Source of the DNA: a virus
Taxonomy: Duplodnaviria; Caudoviricetes
Length of the DNA: 64,000 bases
Virus record (IMG/VR): IMGVR_UViG_3300047409_000364
Coordinates: 1,588-65,587 of that record
Strand: one strand, 5' to 3'
Positions 20,312-30,037 of this stretch are shown here, in pieces. The notes beneath the pieces were generated by a model. The model worked only from the letters and a program-made list of their open reading frames with translations, was not told the DNA's origin and did no database searches. Every line of letters begins with the position of its first letter. Position 1 is the first letter of the stretch. The position numbers and the translations under genes are program-made.

Positions 20312-21561
20312 AAATCTCGGTGCTCATTCCAAGCCGCGGCCGGCCCGAGAGCCTGGTCAGGTCTGTGAGGGCGTTGCAGGGGATGGCCAGCGGCAACCAC
20401 GAGATCGTCTATGCGATCGGCGCCGACCATGACGACCCGCCCACGGTGGCGGCCTGCATCCCGTTGGGGCCAACCGTGCGCGTTCATGTCCTGAAGCGGC
20501 GGGGTTCGCTGGGCCAGATCGTCAACATCCTGAGTGAGCAGTGCCCGGCGGACGTCTATTGCAGCTACGCCGACGACATCGAAATGCTCGAGCCGGGCTG
20601 GGACCAGCACATTGCCGACGCTGTCGAGGAGCATCCCGACTGGGTGATGTGGTTCAAGGCGAACGTGAAGGACAACTTCAACACCTACGCGATCGTACCG
20701 GAGAAGTGGCGCAAGGCGGCCGGCCGGATTTTCACCGATTACTTTCCGTTCTGGCATGACGACGGCTGGCTGATGCAGGTCGATCTCTACGCGAGGGGTG
20801 CCGACGAATGGGTTGCACTCGAGGTCGCCGTTAAAGAAATGGGCGAGACGGCCGGCAAGACTCATCGGCTGTTCGCAAACGACTTTCCGTTCTGGCAGCA
20901 GTTTTTCTGGAGCCGCGACGGCGAACGGCTGGAAGAGGCGGCCCGTATCGCCAAGGCGCTCGGCTGGCCAGCCGACACCGCGCTATTGCGGACGATCGCC
21001 AAGCCCTTTGCTCAATTTGGCTGGGAGTTGCCGCAGCGGACCGACAGCCCGCTCGCCCGCGAAGAGCCGCTTATCAGCTTCCTGCCCGAAAGCGCCGGCG
21101 TGCCGTTCTCGCAGACTGCGTGGCCGACTCCCCTGCTGACGCGGCTCAGCGTCCAAGCCGGAATCCCGGTAAACCTTCTGCCGGCGCACACGCCACCGAC
21201 GCCGGAGGAAGAGCGCCGGGTCGGCAAGCGCGACATGCTGGGCGATGCGGCGTACATGCTGGCCGAGCTGCTGCGGCAACAGGAAGCCGCCCGGCCGCTC
21301 CAGCGCCAGGTGTTCGAGGCGGTCGGCGGGATCGAGCCCGAGGCAGCGATCTGGGCGCCGACGGTCGGCCAAGGCGAGCTCGAGCCGGAGGCCGCGCCCG
21401 CGCCGTCCCGTCAGACGCTCCAGGTGCCCAGCATTGCCAGCGAGGAAGCGGTTGGCGCGCCGGAGCTGTGGAGCCACGCCGACGACGTCAAAGACGCCAT
21501 GGCGGCCCTCCTGCCGCTCCTCGAGGAGCTGCATCGCAAGTCCATTCTTCCATACAGCTAA
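20308..21561 (+). CDS. GT-A/GT2-like glycosyltransferase with C-terminal extension
   Basis: KISVLIPSRGRPE, ADHDD, YADDIEM (DxD-like), YFPFWHDDGWL; start reassigned to ATG 20308 (ATGA overlap). Confidence 0.75.
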   Translation: MKISVLIPSRGRPESLVRSVRALQGMASGNHEIVYAIGADHDDPPTVAACIPLGPTVRVHVLKRRGSLGQIVNILSEQCPADVYCSYADDIEMLEPGWDQHIADAVEEHPDWVMWFKANVKDNFNTYAIVPEKWRKAAGRIFTDYFPFWHDDGWLMQVDLYARGADEWVALEVAVKEMGETAGKTHRLFANDFPFWQQFFWSRDGERLEEAARIAKALGWPADTALLRTIAKPFAQFGWELPQRTDSPLAREEPLISFLPESAGVPFSQTAWPTPLLTRLSVQAGIPVNLLPAHTPPTPEEERRVGKRDMLGDAAYMLAELLRQQEAARPLQRQVFEAVGGIEPEAAIWAPTVGQGELEPEAAPAPSRQTLQVPSIASEEAVGAPELWSHADDVKDAMAALLPLLEELHRKSILPYS

Positions 21562-21591
21562 TAGTGTTATAAACCTTCAAGGAGATACCAG

Positions 21592-21969
21592 ATGGCCGGA
21601 ACCCCAGGCGTAGGCAGAAGCACCCGAGCACAGGATCTCTCCTATGCGGAGATCCCGATCGTCGCCGAAATCGCCTCTGGCGTGCTGACGATCGACCTGT
21701 CCAAGGGCACCGAGTTCATCGTCGCGATGGACGCCAACATCACGAGCCTCGTGATCGACCAGGCGCTCCGGGGGAAGGGCAACGCCTTCACCCTGTTCTG
21801 TACCGGAAACGGCAGCAGCTTTACCCAAGTCTGGACGAACGTGCTGTGGGCCGGCGGGACGGCGCCGACGCTGACTACCACCGTGAACGGCATCGACATC
21901 CTGACGTTCCTCAACCGGGGCAATAACGCCCAGTGGTTCGGGTTCACCGCCGGGCAGGCGTTCGCGTGA
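21592..21969 (+). CDS. Small beta-rich tail-fibre-associated protein
   Basis: IDLSKG...VLWAGGTAPTLTTTVNGIDILTF..G..WFG pattern of fibre C-terminal modules; AAGGAG RBS. Confidence 0.6.
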   Translation: MAGTPGVGRSTRAQDLSYAEIPIVAEIASGVLTIDLSKGTEFIVAMDANITSLVIDQALRGKGNAFTLFCTGNGSSFTQVWTNVLWAGGTAPTLTTTVNGIDILTFLNRGNNAQWFGFTAGQAFA

Positions 21970-22730
21970 TTGGTACTTCGCGGGCAGCGCTGCTCGGTGC
22001 TGCCGGAGCCGCCGGCGGCGGTGGCTACCACGCCCCTGCGGTGCATTTCGACGGGGCGACGGATATTGCCAACGCGTCGCTGACGGCAACAGATACCAAC
22101 TTTGTGGCCTTCTCTTACTGGATCAACGTCGCCAATCCTGCGGGGGATTTTCCGACTCCCTGGAGCAGGCCGGCCACGCTTGAGAATGATCATTACCTTG
22201 GAGATGACGGTGCTGGTAACTGGGCGCCCAACCTCAGTCTTACGGGTACCGGCGGCGTGGCCGGCTTTACGACCGGAGGCACGTCCCCCATTGCACAATC
22301 TACATGGGTTCATGTTCTGGCTGCCTTCGACACAACGAATGGCTTCGGAACGCGCGTCTCCAAACTTTATATAAACGATATAGCGGTTGCGATGCCAGAT
22401 GTTAGCGGCAGCGGGCTTGGGTTTCTGATTCAACTGGCGGGCGTGGCGTTAACAGTTGGCAGCGATAGTTACTCCGATGATTTCGTGGTGGGCGATATGG
22501 CCGATTTCTGGCTCAGTAACCAGAACATTCTCGTTGCAGGCGACATCCCTTTGGCAACGCGCCGCAAGTTCATCAGCGCGGCAGGCAAGCCGGTCGATCC
22601 CTCGGGCTTCCCTGCGGGCCTTGTGCTTCTGAGCGGAGACGCCACGACCTTCGCCACCAACCAAGGCAGCGGCGGCGCGTTCACCACGACCGGCACGCTG
22701 ACCAACGCCTCGACCAGCCCGAGCGACTAA
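21966..22730 (+). CDS. LamG/concanavalin-like virion protein
   Basis: AVHFDG, FSYWIN, WVHVLAAFD, LYIND, GDMADFW; GTGA-coupled start. Confidence 0.65.
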   Translation: MIGTSRAALLGAAGAAGGGGYHAPAVHFDGATDIANASLTATDTNFVAFSYWINVANPAGDFPTPWSRPATLENDHYLGDDGAGNWAPNLSLTGTGGVAGFTTGGTSPIAQSTWVHVLAAFDTTNGFGTRVSKLYINDIAVAMPDVSGSGLGFLIQLAGVALTVGSDSYSDDFVVGDMADFWLSNQNILVAGDIPLATRRKFISAAGKPVDPSGFPAGLVLLSGDATTFATNQGSGGAFTTTGTLTNASTSPSD

Positions 22731-23065
22731 TGGCCGAGCCGTCCCTGCTCGATTTACTCGTCCAGCACGAGCAGGGCATTGCCGGCTCCATGGTGCTGTC
22801 CACATTCTTCTCCGCCACCTACGCGATCGGGAGCGAATTCGGGCTGAAGAAAGGCGTGCAAGGCGTCTTCATTGGCTGTGTTTTTTCCGGGGCAGGATGG
22901 TTTTTTCTGGCGGAGTATATCCATCTGGCCGTCTACTTCGTTGTACTCGTAGCGCTTGGTGGGTCTTACCTCCCTTTCCCCTTAATTCGCGCCTACATAC
23001 GGCGTCAGGATAAGTTGGCGGACAAGTTGCTGGACAAGGCGCAGACAAAGACTGGAGTGGACTGA
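22730..23065 (+). CDS. Putative holin-like membrane protein
   Basis: 2-3 hydrophobic segments, charged C-terminus, upstream of the endolysin. Confidence 0.5.
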   Translation: MAEPSLLDLLVQHEQGIAGSMVLSTFFSATYAIGSEFGLKKGVQGVFIGCVFSGAGWFFLAEYIHLAVYFVVLVALGGSYLPFPLIRAYIRRQDKLADKLLDKAQTKTGVD

Positions 23066-23505
23066 TGGACTGGATCGCCCGCAACCTGCAAAGCACGCCC
23101 TACGAGACCACGCAGGACTTTCTGTGGCGCCCTGTCGGGCACTGGTTCTGGCTCGGCCTGAGTGCGGTGGCGTTCCTCGGTTTCTGCGCCCTGTTCGTCA
23201 ACCTGATGCACGAGGTCGACAAGCGGCGCGCTGTCGGGTTGCCGGGGCTCGATGCCCTGATGATCGGGCGTATGGGCTGGATGGGCGCGCTGATCATGGC
23301 GGCGGGCATTCCCTACAACAGCGGCCTGCAGCCGTGGGCGCTGGCGTTGTTCGTCACCTCCGGCACCTTCATGGCCCTTTTGATAGTGACCCGCTGGTGC
23401 GAGCTCCGCGGCTCATTCTGGTTCCGGCTTGGCCACATATTCGGCGGTGTGGTCGGTGCCTGGCGGCACAAGGACAAGCACGGGATTACAGTCCGCCATC
23501 GGTAG
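23065..23505 (+). CDS. Membrane protein of the lysis module
   Basis: 3-4 predicted TM segments. Confidence 0.55.
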   Translation: MDWIARNLQSTPYETTQDFLWRPVGHWFWLGLSAVAFLGFCALFVNLMHEVDKRRAVGLPGLDALMIGRMGWMGALIMAAGIPYNSGLQPWALALFVTSGTFMALLIVTRWCELRGSFWFRLGHIFGGVVGAWRHKDKHGITVRHR

Positions 23506-23538
23506 ATTGTCCGCACGCTGGCTGCTACAATCTACGGT

Positions 23539-24075
23539 ATGCCGGCTGACTACAGCGACGACTTCCTTGGGATCCTCGCCCGCACCTTCGACATCGAGGG
23601 CGGCATTGCCGACATCAAAGAAGACCGCGGCGGCTACACGAATATGGGAATCACGATTCCCTTTTTGACCGACTACCTCGGTCGGGCGGCAACGCAGTCC
23701 GACATTGCCAATCTGACGAAGCCGATGGCGGCTGATGCCTATTGGCGCAACATCTGGCAAGGCCTCAACATCCCGCAGTTCCCGGCGTGGTCGCACGAGA
23801 CGATGTTCAACGCGGCCTGCGGGTCGATGTACCTGTTCAATCGCATGGTGCGGCAGCTCCAGGGCTACGTCGGCGCCGATGCCGACGGCCAGTGGGGCCC
23901 GAAGTCCGCTGCCGCCGGTGCCAATCCGCACATCATGTCGCGCAAGGGCCACAACGACATGGTCAATCTTCTGTGCGAGCAGTACGAGCTCATCGTGAGC
24001 AACGACGAGTCCCAGCACATCTTCGCGCTCGGCTGGTATCGCCGTGCCTTCAGGTTGTTTGACTTCGGCTACTAG
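23539..24075 (+). CDS. Endolysin, glycoside hydrolase family 108
   Basis: EGGIADIKEDRGGYTNMGIT catalytic motif, LQGYVGADADGQWGPKS, FALGWYRR. Confidence 0.9.
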   Translation: MPADYSDDFLGILARTFDIEGGIADIKEDRGGYTNMGITIPFLTDYLGRAATQSDIANLTKPMAADAYWRNIWQGLNIPQFPAWSHETMFNAACGSMYLFNRMVRQLQGYVGADADGQWGPKSAAAGANPHIMSRKGHNDMVNLLCEQYELIVSNDESQHIFALGWYRRAFRLFDFGY

Positions 24076-24091
24076 GAGACGACCCGTGACC

Positions 24092-24415
24092 ATGACCCCG
24101 CCCAACCAAGAGCAAATTAAGAGCGCCATCCGCTGGCTGCTGACCGCCGGCGGCCCGCTCGCCTCGATCCTGGTGAGCAAGGGCGCGAGCGCCGATACTG
24201 TGAACAACATCCTGACGATCGCGCTGATCGTGGTCCCGCCGGCCGTGAGCCTCATTTGGTCGATGATCGACCATACCGACGCGGCCAAGGTGCAGGCGGT
24301 GAATTCGGTGCCGGGCGTCCAGGTGGGTGTCGATACGAGCCGGGCCAGCCAGGCGACTCCCGCAGTCCAGGCAGTGGCCAACGATCCCAAGGTAGCGAAC
24401 GTCAACCCGCTCTAG
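24092..24415 (+). CDS. Putative 2-TM holin
   Basis: QEQIKSAIRWLLTAGG then two hydrophobic helices; immediately after the endolysin; AGGAG RBS. Confidence 0.55.
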   Translation: MTPPNQEQIKSAIRWLLTAGGPLASILVSKGASADTVNNILTIALIVVPPAVSLIWSMIDHTDAAKVQAVNSVPGVQVGVDTSRASQATPAVQAVANDPKVANVNPL

Positions 24416-24425
24416 GAGGCTTCTA

Positions 24426-24821
24426 ATGATCCGCGCGCTCCTGCTTGTTGCTGCCCTGGCGCTGGGTGGCTGCCAGACGATCAAGGCGGCGAACATCGCC
24501 GTCTCTCCGGTCGGCACCTCGGCGGTCGACCTACAGAAGGCGGCCTACGCCACCAAACTCGCCTTTGAGGCTACGCTGGTACTGGCGACCGCATACATCG
24601 AACGCCCGCGATGCGGGAAGCCGACGTCGCCGATCCTGTGCTCGAGCCAGGACGTGGTGAACACCATGCGCAAGGCCATCGTTTCGACCGACGCAGGCAT
24701 ACAGGCGGCGGAGAACGCCGCGCGCACGACCGGGCCCGACACGACGATCGCCGTGGCCCTGGTGACGGCGGCCACGCAGTCGCAGGCGGCTTTCAAGCTG
24801 ATCACCGACGCCAACAAGTGA
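24426..24821 (+). CDS. Lipoprotein of the lysis module (spanin candidate)
   Basis: Lipobox LALGGC; helical mature region. Confidence 0.6.
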   Translation: MIRALLLVAALALGGCQTIKAANIAVSPVGTSAVDLQKAAYATKLAFEATLVLATAYIERPRCGKPTSPILCSSQDVVNTMRKAIVSTDAGIQAAENAARTTGPDTTIAVALVTAATQSQAAFKLITDANK

Positions 24822-24828
24822 GGCCGCC

Positions 24829-25041
24829 ATGCTCGCCATTGCCATTGCCCTAGCCAACGAGCTCTCCGCCATCGCCCCGCAGGCGATACAGGCCGGTATC
24901 AGCATTGCCGGATTGTGGACCCAGGTGCGGGCGGCGCTCGATGCCACGGCGGCCCCGGATGATGCGGCATGGGCCCAGGCCGATGCGGACGTGAATGCGC
25001 TCAAGGCTCGCGCGTTGGATCCGGCGACGGACGACCAGTAG
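24829..25041 (+). CDS. Small hypothetical protein ending the late operon
   Basis: GAGG RBS, amphipathic helical sequence. Confidence 0.55.
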   Translation: MLAIAIALANELSAIAPQAIQAGISIAGLWTQVRAALDATAAPDDAAWAQADADVNALKARALDPATDDQ

Positions 25042-25044
25042 GCC

Positions 25045-25641
25045 TCACCAGAGTTTGGCGCCATACGGCACAAGGCCGGAGACGCCAACACTCACTGTCC
25101 CGATCGGCACGGCGCCATCTTGGGTGTTTCCCTCGACGCCGATGACCAGGCCATCCTGGCCGGGAATCACCATTGCCGTGCCGGCGGCGGCCAACTGCCA
25201 TATCCCGTTGCGCCGCACCGAGATGTCCTTGAGCAGGACTGGGACAGGACTGGCGATGCCGTACTCCTGGCAGGCGACGATGTTGACGCTCTGGGCGGTG
25301 CCCACGCCCATGTCGAAGTTGCCCTGTGACTTGCCGTCGACGGAGAACTGCCAGCGTGTTCCTGATTGAAGGCTCATCTCGAATACGTGGTCGCCAACAG
25401 GGAGTTGCGTCTTGGGCGGATGCCCCGTGACCTTGCTGGTTTTGACCAGGCCGCCGTCCTTGAACACCTGCATGAACGGCTTGCCGAGTTCGGTGATACC
25501 GACCTGTCCCCAGTAGGCCCCGACGTACTGGCTGATCCAGAACGCACCGGGCGGGTAGTTCCAGGCCAGCGGGACGTTCATTGTGCAGCGGATGCCGTCG
25601 TTGGGCTGCGGGTCCGATGCGATTGCGCCGAAGTAGCTCAC
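25045..25641 (-). CDS. Beta-sandwich hypothetical protein (possibly glutamic-peptidase/lectin-like)
   Basis: AFWISQ..YWGQVG, WQFSVDG, VACQEY; GTG start coupled to the upstream stop. Confidence 0.5.
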   Translation of the reverse strand: MSYFGAIASDPQPNDGIRCTMNVPLAWNYPPGAFWISQYVGAYWGQVGITELGKPFMQVFKDGGLVKTSKVTGHPPKTQLPVGDHVFEMSLQSGTRWQFSVDGKSQGNFDMGVGTAQSVNIVACQEYGIASPVPVLLKDISVRRNGIWQLAAAGTAMVIPGQDGLVIGVEGNTQDGAVPIGTVSVGVSGLVPYGAKLW

Positions 25642-26006
25642 TGGGGGGCTCCCATCTTCATGCGGTCCCACTGCGCGCCCCGGTCCGGCTTGGCTAGGTT
25701 GGATGGCGGCGGCTTGATGGGATGGGAGACGTTACCAAGGACGTGGCAGGCAAGTTCGTGGGACAAGGCACCGTCGCGTGTGATTCTGTTGGCGTCGCTG
25801 GCCACAAAAACAATCGCAGGTCCATCTTTGTCGAGTTTGATTGTTCGTCCAAAGGTACCACGAGGAAGGTCGGTGGTGTAGATGACTTCGTAAGGCGTTT
25901 TGATTTGGGCACGCAACGCCTCCAATGATTGCCCGCCACACTCACGCGGAGCATCGGTACAGCCAGCAATTATTGGGAATAAACAATAATAAATAATTCG
26001 TTTCAT
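25638..26006 (-). CDS. Lipoprotein with HExxxH-type metal-binding motif
   Basis: Lipobox IIAGC; ALSHELACHVLG; lower GC. Confidence 0.55.
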   Translation of the reverse strand: MKRIIYYCLFPIIAGCTDAPRECGGQSLEALRAQIKTPYEVIYTTDLPRGTFGRTIKLDKDGPAIVFVASDANRITRDGALSHELACHVLGNVSHPIKPPPSNLAKPDRGAQWDRMKMGAPQ

Positions 26007-26335
26007 GTGGGTGTCTCCTTGTCCGCCAGCGCGGCGCGGGCGATCAACTTCATGGTGTTGAATTTCTCCACCAGTTCGCTGATACGTCCGGTCGTTGCTA
26101 TATCTTTGATGTTCTCTAGCGCCTCGCTGAGCTTTGCCTCGCGTGCGGTGGAGGCGAGAAGGGCGCGGGCGACAATGACGGCATCGCTGTCACCGACACC
26201 TATTGAGCCATCAGGATTGATCGTCACAGATGGTCCATCTGGCGCAGCCAAGATCGCTTCCAACTCTGCGATGGTTGGGCGTTCCTTCTTTGGCGGCTCA
26301 AGTATCCTGCGTGCGGCTTCTTCTGGTGTGGTCAT
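26003..26335 (-). CDS. Hypothetical protein
   Basis: Coupled ORF in the leftward operon, ends ARAALA. Confidence 0.55.
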   Translation of the reverse strand: MTTPEEAARRILEPPKKERPTIAELEAILAAPDGPSVTINPDGSIGVGDSDAVIVARALLASTAREAKLSEALENIKDIATTGRISELVEKFNTMKLIARAALADKETPT

Positions 26336-26338
26336 GGC

Positions 26339-26644
26339 TCAGTCTCCAGTGGGTATGTGGCTCGCCTGCGAAGGCTCGCGCCCAGCGATTGCTTCATTGA
26401 GTGCGGTGCCGATTAATTCGATGATCTTGCAATTTAGGTCGATTAGCAGTCCTTGCTCCCTGCGAAGGGGATGTGCGATCTTTTCAAATGTCGCGTATCG
26501 CGCCATCAACATTCGGTGTTCCCTTTGTCGCTCTTTCTTCCACTCGCGCAGGCTGTTGAGATAATAGCCATGGCTGCTAGTTGCAGTCGGTGATGAGCCA
26601 CCCCTACTCGCGGGGACATCAGTTGGGGGCGTGGCGTCTGTCAT
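26339..26644 (-). CDS. Hypothetical protein
   Basis: GGAG RBS, in the operon. Confidence 0.5.
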   Translation of the reverse strand: MTDATPPTDVPASRGGSSPTATSSHGYYLNSLREWKKERQREHRMLMARYATFEKIAHPLRREQGLLIDLNCKIIELIGTALNEAIAGREPSQASHIPTGD

Positions 26645-26660
26645 TTGGGGTCTCCGAGGT

Positions 26661-27464
26661 TCACGCTATCTGCGCCTCCTTGGCGCGCTCCAGCCGAACG
26701 CGGACTTCGCTGATGTCGAGAGCGTCGGCCTGTTTCCCAATGGCAAAGGCTTCTTCGGCTATGGCGATGCAGTCAGCATAGATCGCGGCACTCGCGTCCC
26801 ACGCGGCACTCGCGTCCCACGCGGCACTCGCGTCCCACGCGGCACTCGCGGCCCACGCGGCCCTCGCGGCCCTCGCGGCCCTCGCGGCACTCGCGGCCCT
26901 CGCGGCACTCGCGTCCCACGCGGCACTCGCGTCCCACGCGGCACTCGCGGCCCACGCGGCCCTCGCGGCCCTCGCGGCCCTCGCGGCACTCGCGGCCCTC
27001 GCGGCACTCGCGGCCCTCGCGGCACTCGCGGCCCTCGCGGCACTCGCGGCTACTTGGCCGCATTCATCGAATGTACCCACCGCCTGACAGAGCGCGGCCT
27101 GTTCTGGAAGATTGGCCGCCCGCATGGCCGACGAGACGTGCCGCTGCACGGTCCGCAGCACGATCAATTCAAGGCGCTGCTGTTCGATGGCGGGCGTATC
27201 AGCCGAACCCGACAAGCGCAGCACGAACGGCATGAGCTTTTGCCGCCAGTCGTCGGGCATCAGGTCGTTGATGCCGATCAGGTAGGCCGACAGCACGGGC
27301 GAGAAACATGGCGGGCAGTCGGTGGCCGACCCGACCTTCTTGTATTCAAAGCCAGCCGCGATGATGGCCGCCTCGTTGATGCACGTTCCGCCATCGGGGC
27401 CGGGGAAATCGTGGCTGCCGACGAGCAGCCGCCACTTAATGATCTTTGTCCAGTCGTATGCCAT
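26661..27464 (-). CDS. Hypothetical protein with AAS/AAR/AAW tripeptide repeats
   Basis: LLVGSH..P..GTCINEA...PPCFSPVL...INDLM..DWRQKL N-domain followed by an Ala-rich repeat. Confidence 0.75.
   Translation of the reverse strand: MAYDWTKIIKWRLLVGSHDFPGPDGGTCINEAAIIAAGFEYKKVGSATDCPPCFSPVLSAYLIGINDLMPDDWRQKLMPFVLRLSGSADTPAIEQQRLELIVLRTVQRHVSSAMRAANLPEQAALCQAVGTFDECGQVAASAARAASAARAASAARAASAARAARAARAAWAASAAWDASAAWDASAARAASAARAARAARAAWAASAAWDASAAWDASAAWDASAAIYADCIAIAEEAFAIGKQADALDISEVRVRLERAKEAQIA
26785..27050. repeat. 9-bp coding tandem repeat (about 29 units: gcggcactc/gcggccctc/gcgtcccac)
   Basis: Read directly from the sequence; includes a higher-order block duplication. Confidence 0.95.
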
Positions 27465-27515
27465 TGCTAAGCCTCGTTGCTAGTTTTCAATCAAATGGGT
27501 TCGCTTCGCCGCAGG

Positions 27516-27914
27516 TCACGCGGCTCGACCCGTATGGGAAACGGTGGCCTGTTTCAGCATCGCCTCGATGCGCCCGAACTCCTCGGACGGATTGAACCAG
27601 TCGTCCTTGACGATGTGACCGATGGCGTGAACCTTGGGATGTTCGTGGCGCACGCGGATGGTTTTGCCGGGCAGTTTCTCCCACGTCTCAACACCGCCGA
27701 TCTGGATGCAGCGATGGATGAAGACGCCTGTGTAATTGCCGAGATAGCGATGATAGTCGTCGCGGCCTTCATCGCCCCATGGCGGCATGTAGAGGACGTA
27801 ACCGCCGAAGCTTTGGCCGCTGCCGCCATAGTCGAGATGCAGCCACGCAGACAGGCAACGCTCGGTGTCAATTGTCGCGCTTTTGATGAGCGCATTCTGT
27901 ATTTGGATACCCAT
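27516..27914 (-). CDS. Conserved phage hypothetical protein
   Basis: NALIKS...WLHLDYGGSGQSFGGY...GVETWEKLPGKTIRV...AIGHIVKDDWFNP. Confidence 0.7.
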   Translation of the reverse strand: MGIQIQNALIKSATIDTERCLSAWLHLDYGGSGQSFGGYVLYMPPWGDEGRDDYHRYLGNYTGVFIHRCIQIGGVETWEKLPGKTIRVRHEHPKVHAIGHIVKDDWFNPSEEFGRIEAMLKQATVSHTGRAA

Positions 27915-27974
27915 TGCAAAACCTCGCTGTCAGTTAGAAACCAAAGGGCGCGGCACCTGCGCGCGAACTCAACT

Positions 27975-28352
27975 TCACCCGTCGCCTCGCAGTGAGAGAC
28001 CTTGGATAGCCTTGCGGCCCCCCTCGCTGAACGAGGCAATCCAGGGTCCGGGTGCTTTCCATGCGCCGTTCCAGAAATGCTCCTCCTTGCCTTGGTGCAG
28101 CATCCGATGACAGGATGAACAGAGCGGCACGGCAAGATAGTCCGACTTGCGGACGCCCATGGTGCGCAGCCCGAGCCGGACATGGTGAGCCTCGTTCGGC
28201 GGAAAGCGATCACAGAACAGGCAGCGTTCCTGCCGCACCCTTGCCAGATGCTCCGGGTCGCGGGCAGGGCCCTTGGCTACCCGGCTCCGCGTGCCGCTGT
28301 CTCTCTTGGGCTTGCGCGCCTTGTGCCCGCGCTTCATGGGGCTACGCTTCAT
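27975..28352 (-). CDS. DUF968/Ref-like HNH zinc-finger nuclease
   Basis: HLARVRQERCLFC...EAHH...KSDYLAVPLCSSCHRMLH. Confidence 0.75.
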   Translation of the reverse strand: MKRSPMKRGHKARKPKRDSGTRSRVAKGPARDPEHLARVRQERCLFCDRFPPNEAHHVRLGLRTMGVRKSDYLAVPLCSSCHRMLHQGKEEHFWNGAWKAPGPWIASFSEGGRKAIQGLSLRGDG

Positions 28353-28779
28353 CGGACGGTGGCGGCTCGGGCTGCCGCTCCTTGAAGATGACGCCATGCT
28401 CGATACCAAAGGGGTAGATCCACTCACATAGAGCCGCGCACTGCTCGGTAGTGAGATCGCTGGTATGGGGCAGCAGGATGGCGCTCGAGTCACCGTAGGC
28501 GTCGACGATGATGTCGGGCATGGCCTTGATCTCATTCAGCCAGGTAAGTGTTACCGTGCGCTTCCACCACTCAAGGTCACGCAGCTCGCCGTAGTTTGGC
28601 GGCCACACTAGCTGCTCGGAGAGATCGGCCAACAGGGCATGCAGGAGCCTGTTCTGTTCGCCGGTCCTGGTCGGCTTGCTGATCTTCACCTGCATGCCGA
28701 GGTCGGCGAGCTGCACGGCGCGGATTGCAAAGGCCCGATCCCGAGGCTCGCGCAGCACGTAGGTGGCGGGTCGGCTCAC
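28342..28779 (-). CDS. ninB: NinB/Orf family recombination protein
   Basis: PTRTGEQNRLLHALLADLSEQL.W...HTSDLTTEQCAALCEWIYPFGIEHGVIF. Confidence 0.85.
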   Translation of the reverse strand: MSRPATYVLREPRDRAFAIRAVQLADLGMQVKISKPTRTGEQNRLLHALLADLSEQLVWPPNYGELRDLEWWKRTVTLTWLNEIKAMPDIIVDAYGDSSAILLPHTSDLTTEQCAALCEWIYPFGIEHGVIFKERQPEPPPSDEA

Positions 28780-30035
28780 CCCTCCGCTCCGGGTTCGCGC
28801 GGCTCCTTCGCCAAGACCTCACCGTAGACCGCCAGGATGTCGGTAATGCCGTCCTTGATGCGCTTGATGTCGCTCTTGGCGGCCTTCTCGATCTGCTCGT
28901 GGAACTTCTCTTCCCAGAGCTTGGCGTGGGCCGGGGTGCGCTCCGGCTTGGCGAGCCAGTCCGACGAGAAGTCGATGAACTCGGTCATGCGGGTGAATTC
29001 GGGGAACTCGATGGGCGCGTTCTGATCCTCGACATCGGTAACGGGCGCAGGCTGGCCGGAGGAAGTTGATCCCTCTCCTCCGGCCGCAGGGGGTGCGGCG
29101 CCTCCTGCTTGCCCGCTCCCAGACGTCGGCGACTCGGGGGAGAGTGAGGTCGCCGCGCCAGATTTGTTGCGGGGGGACCGCTTCTTGGGAGCGGCCTTTC
29201 CCCCGGTAGAGGGTTCTTGGAAATCCTTCGCCTTCGGCTCGGGCGGCGGCGGCTCTGTCGTCGCGCTGCTTTCGCCGGTCACGTCGGTGGGCGCGTGGGT
29301 AGTGAACGCGCCGATCTCGTCGATGGAATAGTCGCTGCCCAGTTCCTCGGGGAAAGCGCGACGCAAGGCGGCGGCCTCGGCGCACTTCTCGAGTTGGCCG
29401 TTGGCGCGCTTCTCCCACATGCTGTTCGGCACCTCGCAGTCGTTGCGGATGCGGGCATAGGTTTCGAGCCAGAAGACACGCGGACCAGGAAAAGGCACGC
29501 GATTGCCGCCGAGAACGCGATAGACGGTGATCGAGCACCACTCGGGAAACTGGACGGTGGCCTCGACCTTCTTCCATTGGTCGCCACCTTGGCCGCGCGT
29601 GCGAATGCTGCCTTCGAAATGGCGCTCGATGATGGGGCCAAACGTCGGGACGTCCATGCCGGCATACTGCCCGGTGCGGATCGCCGTCGTGCGCAGTTCG
29701 TTGATGCCAGGCCAGATCGTCTCGACCATGGCGCCGCGGCCATTCTCGCCGGCTTGGGCATTCCAGATCGGCACGATATGGACGGGATGCTTGAACACGT
29801 CGAGCTTGCGGCGAGCGCAGTATTCTAGCGCCATCATTACCGATGTCTGGCTCTTTGCGGCGGGGAATATGCTTTCGGTCAGCGTGCGCCACCCCTCGAT
29901 GTCGACCTCGTATTTCTGGAGGATGCCGTCGGCCGGCGGCGCGAGGCGCGGGGGGGCCAGGACAGCAACGGCTTGCGCGGGCGTGGCGATCGTTGCGCCG
30001 TTCTGCTGGGTCGGTCTCGTCGTTGTCTGGGCCAT
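28776..30035 (-). CDS. bet: Bet/RecT-family single-strand annealing recombinase
   Basis: YCARRKLDVFKHPVHIVPIW, GINELRTTAIRTGQYAG, MWEKR..QLEKCAEAAALRRAFPEELG. Confidence 0.9.
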   Translation of the reverse strand: MAQTTTRPTQQNGATIATPAQAVAVLAPPRLAPPADGILQKYEVDIEGWRTLTESIFPAAKSQTSVMMALEYCARRKLDVFKHPVHIVPIWNAQAGENGRGAMVETIWPGINELRTTAIRTGQYAGMDVPTFGPIIERHFEGSIRTRGQGGDQWKKVEATVQFPEWCSITVYRVLGGNRVPFPGPRVFWLETYARIRNDCEVPNSMWEKRANGQLEKCAEAAALRRAFPEELGSDYSIDEIGAFTTHAPTDVTGESSATTEPPPPEPKAKDFQEPSTGGKAAPKKRSPRNKSGAATSLSPESPTSGSGQAGGAAPPAAGGEGSTSSGQPAPVTDVEDQNAPIEFPEFTRMTEFIDFSSDWLAKPERTPAHAKLWEEKFHEQIEKAAKSDIKRIKDGITDILAVYGEVLAKEPREPGAEG

Positions 30036-30037
30036 AA

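Noticed and set aside
26785-27050. CRISPR array
   Set aside because: Contiguous 9-bp units without spacers, in frame within a CDS; no cas genes.
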